This document shows positions 36,471 through 41,323 of a DNA stretch of 41,323 nucleotides, piece by piece (the stretch's first letter is position 1; each line of letters opens with the position of its first letter). Source of the DNA: Myxococcota bacterium (GTDB taxonomy: Bacteria; Myxococcota; JACRCW01); assembly GCA_040752415.1 (NCBI GenBank), contig JBFMGU010000075.1, positions 1-41,323 of the forward strand, given 5' to 3'. The notes under the pieces are model-generated. The model was not told the origin of the DNA, made no database searches, and saw nothing but the letters and a program-made list of their open reading frames with translations. A program made the position numbers and the translations under genes.

Positions 36471-37556
36471 TCACGCCCCCAACGACGCCCCGTCCGACGG
36501 CACGGCCGGCCGCGGCTGCGCGGCGCCCACCTTGGACCGGTACACGTCACCCACCATGCGCTCATGTTTGGCCAGGTCGATCTCGATGCGGCGGAAGACC
36601 TCCGCGGTGGCCGGGTCGGTGAACTTCACGTTGAGGTTCGCCGCGTCCACCACGCCGGCCTGCAGGTCACCCAGCGCCCGACGCAGCAGCGAGATGTCGT
36701 CGGAAGACTGGAAGAGCGTCTTCACCTTCTGCAACGCCCCCGGCCCCTTGCCCACCTCACGACCGCCCAACGCGGTGAGCCGCCCTTGCAGCAGGTTCAC
36801 GTGCATCTGCTTGGTGGCGCAGATCTCACCGAACAGCGAGCGCAGTGCGGGATCGTCCGCCTTCTCCGCGTAGCGCTCGAATGCCGAGAGCGCCCATCGC
36901 TCGCCGTGGATGGCCGCGTTGACGCCGGAGAGGATCTCGTCGCGGGTGCTGCCGCCCCATTCCTCGCCCAGCTTCCACCACTCGGCGTTCAGGTTGTTCA
37001 GCTCGGGCAGCGCCACGCCGCGGATGGGGAGCCCCAGGTCCAGCTTGCGCAGGACGGCGGTGGAGAAGATGGGGAGGTCGCCGGCGTGGCGGGACGTGAT
37101 GAGGTTTCCGTCGACGACGCAGGGCTCGTTCACGTACTGGCAGCCCGCGTTCACCATGTCCTTGCGGACGGCGCGGAATCCCGTCGCACGTCGTCCGCGG
37201 AGCAGATCACCTTCAATGAGGACCTGCGGACCGTGACACACCGCCGCCACCACCTTGCCCAGCCGCATGGCCTCCTGGACAAAGCGCACCGTCTTCATGT
37301 TCGTGCGCATGATGTCCGGCGCCATCCCGCCCGGGATGATCACGGCGTCGTAGTCGGAGGCGCGTGCTTCCGTGGTGGTGCCGTCCGGCGTGACCAGGAT
37401 CCTGCCGTGCTGCCCCTCGTACTGCTCGTCCATGCGGGAGCCCAGGACCGTCACCTCCGCGCCGGCCTGCCGGAGCGCGGTCAGCGGGACCTTGAACTCG
37501 GAATCATCGACGTGCTGCTCGACGAGAAAAGCAACGTTCTTCCGGACGGAGGTCAT
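36471..37556 (-). CDS. DJ-1/PfpI (YhbO-like) protein fused to a ferritin-like domain
   Basis: DSEF, YDAVIIPGG, AVCHGP, VVDGNLITSR. Helical C-terminus with GERWA..YAE and IEIDLAKHE. Confidence 0.85.
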   Translation of the reverse strand: MTSVRKNVAFLVEQHVDDSEFKVPLTALRQAGAEVTVLGSRMDEQYEGQHGRILVTPDGTTTEARASDYDAVIIPGGMAPDIMRTNMKTVRFVQEAMRLGKVVAAVCHGPQVLIEGDLLRGRRATGFRAVRKDMVNAGCQYVNEPCVVDGNLITSRHAGDLPIFSTAVLRKLDLGLPIRGVALPELNNLNAEWWKLGEEWGGSTRDEILSGVNAAIHGERWALSAFERYAEKADDPALRSLFGEICATKQMHVNLLQGRLTALGGREVGKGPGALQKVKTLFQSSDDISLLRRALGDLQAGVVDAANLNVKFTDPATAEVFRRIEIDLAKHERMVGDVYRSKVGAAQPRPAVPSDGASLGA

Positions 37557-37700
37557 GGGACGGCTCCCTTGATGGCGGGGCCATCCGTGTCCGCGGCCCC
37601 GCGGGTGGCATGCCTGCAGTGACCTCGGGGTATAGAAACCTCGTCGGGAGACAGCCACGCAACGCAGGCCAGGACGCCGCCGTGACGTCGTGAAAACGCG

Positions 37701-38363
37701 CTAGCGACGACGTCCGCGCGCGTGGATGGTCAACCCCTCCGCAATGGCCTCCACACCCCGCCGCGCCACCGTGATCACCGCGCCGTCCCTGGCACAGGCG
37801 CCGTAGGTGTTGGACAGCTTGTGGCTCAGCTCACTGGAGCCGCAGATGATGGTGACGTCGTGACCGCGGACGTGCGCACGCGCCTGGTTGCTGCTGGGGG
37901 TCTGCGTCCCGTCCACCAGCGTGAGCTTGAGCGCGCTGCCAAGCTGTCGTTCCAGCTCCTCCCGGATGCCGGGGCTGCCGCCCACCAGGCACACCCTGCG
38001 GATCCCCGTCGCGGCGCACGCCTCCAGCGCCTCCTGGACCGCGCGTCGCGTGTTGGAGCCGCCGCACACCAGGCACATCTCCCGACGGACCAGCAGCCCC
38101 GGCTTCCCGGAGTGCTGCACCGGTTTCTGGCAGTTGGGCGCGGTGCAGTGGAAGAAGAAGGCGTGGTGGAGCGCCTCGTGGACGCGGGGTTGCTTGTCCC
38201 TGGAGATGCGGTCGCGCTTGGGGTTGGTGATGCCTTCCCCGTCGAGGAGCGCGCGCGCCTGGGACACACTGGCGGGGTCCTCCACCCCTTCCAGGTGCAG
38301 CGCCTCCGCAATGGTGATGGCGTCCTGGGCCACGAGCGCCAACCTACCGCTCCGGCGGGGCAT
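37701..38363 (-). CDS. Hypothetical protein with a Cys4 motif and DUF2325-like C-terminal domain
   Basis: CTAPNC...CLVCGG, then VCLVGG..LVDG..DVTIICG..LSHKLS. Start uncertain (ATG 38363 or GTG 38333). Confidence 0.65.
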   Translation of the reverse strand: MPRRSGRLALVAQDAITIAEALHLEGVEDPASVSQARALLDGEGITNPKRDRISRDKQPRVHEALHHAFFFHCTAPNCQKPVQHSGKPGLLVRREMCLVCGGSNTRRAVQEALEACAATGIRRVCLVGGSPGIREELERQLGSALKLTLVDGTQTPSSNQARAHVRGHDVTIICGSSELSHKLSNTYGACARDGAVITVARRGVEAIAEGLTIHARGRRR

Positions 38364-38515
38364 GACAAGCTGGAACCGTCGTGGGCGGCAGGGCACTTGC
38401 CCTCCCCGGGAAAGCCCACTATCTGGCCCATCCCCCCGTCCTGCGAGGCCTCCCTCCGCCATGGAGGCGGACGTTGTGAAGGCGTGATCGAGGGCCGGGC
38501 AGAAGGAGAAGTCCC

Positions 38516-39247
38516 ATGGCAATCCAGTCCGAGCTGACCGCTACCTCCCGCGACGATCATGGCAAGGGTCCCAGCCGTCGCCTCCGTCGCACCGGTTCCA
38601 TCCCCGCGGTGCTGTACTCCCAGGGCAAGGAGGCCCGGGTGCTGAGCGTGGAGCCCAAGGCGCTGGGCAAGGCGCTGGCCACCCCGCTGGGCACCAACAC
38701 GCTCATCTCCCTGACCGTCAACGGCAACGGGAAGTCCTCCAAGCACCACGTGCTGGTGAAGGACATGCAGCGTGATCCGGTCCGTCGTGAGCTGGTGCAC
38801 GCCGACTTCATGGAAGTGGACGTCACCAAGCCGGTGCGCGTGTTCCTCCCCGTGGTGCTCGTCGGCAAGAACAAGAGCATTGGCGCGGGCGGCGTGGTGG
38901 AGCAGGTCAGCCGCAAGCTGCGCGTGTTCGCCAACGCCCAGGCCATCCCCGAGAAGATCGAGGTGGACATCTCCGAGCTGAAGATGGGTCAGTCCATCCA
39001 CGCGCGTGAGCTCAAGCTGCCCGAGGGCGTCAAGCCCATTGGCGACGGCAAGGAGACCATTGCCACCGTGGTGGCGGTGCGTGAGGAGAAGGCCGCCGCC
39101 GCTGCCGCTCCCGTCGAGGGCGCTGCCGCTGCCGCTCCCGCCGCGGGCGCTGCCGCCGCTGGTGCCAAGCCGGCCGCCGGTGCCGCGGGTGGCGCTGCTC
39201 CCGCCAAGGGCGCTGCTCCGGCCGCGGGTGGCGAGAAGAAGAAGTGA
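38516..39247 (+). CDS. rplY: 50S ribosomal protein bL25/Ctc (long form) with Ala-rich tail
   Basis: GKGPSRRLRRTGSIPAVLY, KDMQRDPV..HADF, IPEKIEVDISEL. AAGGAG RBS. Confidence 0.96.
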   Translation: MAIQSELTATSRDDHGKGPSRRLRRTGSIPAVLYSQGKEARVLSVEPKALGKALATPLGTNTLISLTVNGNGKSSKHHVLVKDMQRDPVRRELVHADFMEVDVTKPVRVFLPVVLVGKNKSIGAGGVVEQVSRKLRVFANAQAIPEKIEVDISELKMGQSIHARELKLPEGVKPIGDGKETIATVVAVREEKAAAAAAPVEGAAAAAPAAGAAAAGAKPAAGAAGGAAPAKGAAPAAGGEKKK

Positions 39248-39382
39248 TCCTGCCGCCAGGTGGTGCGCCGGCTTCTTCGGCTGGCGCGCCACCGTGGCGC
39301 ATTGATTCCGCACAACCTGGCCGCCAACGTCGTGACGCGTTCCATACCCGCGTGACGACGTTGGTGCGTGTGGATGGCAACC

Positions 39383-39985
39383 ATGCGGATGGTGGTGGGA
39401 CTGGGCAATCCCGGCTCCGAGTACGAGGACACGCGCCACAACGCCGGCTTCATGGTGGTGGACGCACTCGCGCGTCGGCTGAACGCGCCGTCGTGGCAGC
39501 GCAAGTTCAAGGGCGAGATTGCCGAGGTCCGGGACAACAGCCTGGGTGACGACGGGCGCGTGCTCTTCGTCAAGCCGCAGACGTACATGAACCTCAGCGG
39601 CGAGTGCGTGCGCGCGGCCGCGGATTTCTACAAGGTCGCCCCGGCGCAGATCCTGGTGGCCCACGACGAGCTGGACCTCCCGCTGGGCAAGCTGCGCGTG
39701 AAGGTGGGCGGCGGCCACGGCGGACACAACGGGCTGCGCAGCCTGCACCAGCACCTGGGACCGGAATACGCGCGCATTCGTCTCGGGATTGGCAAGCCCG
39801 CCGGTGCCAAGGGCGACCACGTGGTGAATCACGTCCTGGGCGGCTTCAAGAAGCATGAGCGCGAGGAGATGGACCTCATGCTGGCCGAGGCGCAGGACGC
39901 CGTCCTGATGTGGCTCAAGCAGGGGCCGCAGGCCACCATGAACCGCTTCAACACCGACGCGCCCGCCAAGAAGCCCGTGAAATGA
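39383..39985 (+). CDS. pth: Peptidyl-tRNA hydrolase
   Basis: VGLGNPG, TRHNAGF, KPQTYMNLSG, HDELDLP, GGHNGLRS. Confidence 0.97.
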   Translation: MRMVVGLGNPGSEYEDTRHNAGFMVVDALARRLNAPSWQRKFKGEIAEVRDNSLGDDGRVLFVKPQTYMNLSGECVRAAADFYKVAPAQILVAHDELDLPLGKLRVKVGGGHGGHNGLRSLHQHLGPEYARIRLGIGKPAGAKGDHVVNHVLGGFKKHEREEMDLMLAEAQDAVLMWLKQGPQATMNRFNTDAPAKKPVK

Positions 39986-41187
39986 CCCCGCGCGACCACG
40001 CGGAATGGCGTCGTCTCCTCGCGGGACAGCGTCTGCCCTGCGTGGTGGTGGACCTGGATGCGTTTGACCGCAACGTGGCGGCCCTGACGCGCCTGGTGCG
40101 TCCCTCCGGCAAGAGCGTGCGGCTGGCCACCAAGAGCGTGCGGGTCCCGGAGCTCATCCAACGTGTCCTCTCGTCAGGGGAGCCCTACCGCGGCCTGATG
40201 TGTTTCTGCGCGGAGGAGGCGGCTCTGCTGCGCGGGCACGGGCTGGATGACCTCCTGGTGGCCTACCCCACCACGCACCGCTCCGACCTCACCCTGCTGC
40301 GCAAGCTGCACGACGCTGGATGCCGCGTCATGCTCGTCGTCGACGGGAGCGAGGGCATTCGCGCGCTGGCGGAGGTGATGCGCGGCGCGGCGCAGGCGTT
40401 CCCCGTGGTGGTGGAGCTGGATGCGTCGCTGCGACTGGCGGGAGGCGCGCTGCACCTGGGGGTGCGTCGCAGTCCGGTGCGCGGTGTGGATGCGCTGATG
40501 CACCTCGTCGACGAGATCCAGGCGACGCGGGTGCTCCGTCCCGTCGGCGTGATGGCCTATGAAGCGCAGGTGGCGGGACTGGGCGACCGCAATCCGTTCA
40601 AGCGTGCCTTGAACCCGGTGGCCTCGGCCGTGCGAAAGGCTTCGGCGCGCGCGGTGGCGAGTCTCCGACGTGAAGTAGCGGCGGCTTGGAAGCAGCGCGG
40701 GTTGACGCTGGAGGTGTTCAACGGCGCGGGAACGGGCTCGGTGACGTTTGCCGTGGGAGAGGACGCGCTCACCGAGGTGACGGCGGGTAGCGGGCTGCTG
40801 TGCTCGCACCTGTTTGATTACTACTCGAACGTGCGCTTCGAGCCGGCGTGCTTCTTCGCGCTGCAGGTGGTGCGCGTGAGTGACGATGGGTACGCCACGT
40901 GCCAGGGCGGTGGTTACGTCGCGTCGGGGGAGCCGGGTTGGGACAAAGTGCCGCGGCCCTGGGTGCCCGCGGGCGTGGAGCTGGTGACGACGGAAGGATG
41001 CGGTGAGGTGCAGACGCCGTTGCGCCTCCCGACGGGAACGCGCTTGCAACCCGGTGACCCGGTGCTGTTCCGACACGCCAAGGCGGGTGAGCTGGCGGAG
41101 CGCTTCAACGCGTACCTGCTGGTGCAGGGTGGGAAGATCGTTGGGAGCGCACAGACGTACCGCGGCATGGGTGCGTGTTTTCCGTGA
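39982..41187 (+). CDS. PLP-dependent fold-type III enzyme (DSD1-like amino acid deaminase/aldolase)
   Basis: VDLDAFDRN, RLATKSVR (PLP Lys), DLLVAYP, GVRRSP, MAYEAQVAG, NGAGTGS, EVTAGSG, GEVQTP, FRHAKAGE. ATGA overlap with pth. Confidence 0.85.
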   Translation: MTPRDHAEWRRLLAGQRLPCVVVDLDAFDRNVAALTRLVRPSGKSVRLATKSVRVPELIQRVLSSGEPYRGLMCFCAEEAALLRGHGLDDLLVAYPTTHRSDLTLLRKLHDAGCRVMLVVDGSEGIRALAEVMRGAAQAFPVVVELDASLRLAGGALHLGVRRSPVRGVDALMHLVDEIQATRVLRPVGVMAYEAQVAGLGDRNPFKRALNPVASAVRKASARAVASLRREVAAAWKQRGLTLEVFNGAGTGSVTFAVGEDALTEVTAGSGLLCSHLFDYYSNVRFEPACFFALQVVRVSDDGYATCQGGGYVASGEPGWDKVPRPWVPAGVELVTTEGCGEVQTPLRLPTGTRLQPGDPVLFRHAKAGELAERFNAYLLVQGGKIVGSAQTYRGMGACFP

Positions 41188-41323
41188 GCCCGGTGGCGGG
41201 TTGGTGGCGAGTTGGCCCCCCCACCCCGCCGCCTTCCGATTTCAATGAGGTCTCGTCGTGGCGGCGGGCCTCCCCCACGGCGTGGGGAGGCGTAGATGTG
41301 CCGCGGCACTGGGACGAGCGGCT

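Noticed and set aside
41192..41291. GC-rich hairpins after the PLP enzyme gene
   Set aside because: No U-tract and the context is cut by the window edge, so a terminator cannot be called with confidence.

Overview
High-GC bacterial chromosomal segment, most likely Myxococcota (MYXO-CTERM-type tail, myxobacterial CDDGN cysteine repeats). It holds about 30 credible CDSs. I found no rRNA, tRNA, CRISPR array, integrase or transposase. Housekeeping genes (coaX, pcnB, mfd, rplY, pth) are interleaved with accessory genes: an hsdM-hsdS pair without hsdR, a class III membrane cyclase, an esterase and an ATP-grasp gene converging on a ~245-bp MITE-like inverted-repeat element, a TetR/hydrolase unit with a readable promoter and two operators, and several large Cys-rich surface proteins. 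The best candidate for an undescribed system is a tightly coupled five-gene operon at 26732-30371: DUF4214-like/poly-Pro protein, Ycf46-type AAA+ ATPase, DUF1257, DUF2997 and a PflX-type radical SAM enzyme. All family calls come from reading motifs by eye; no database searches were run.
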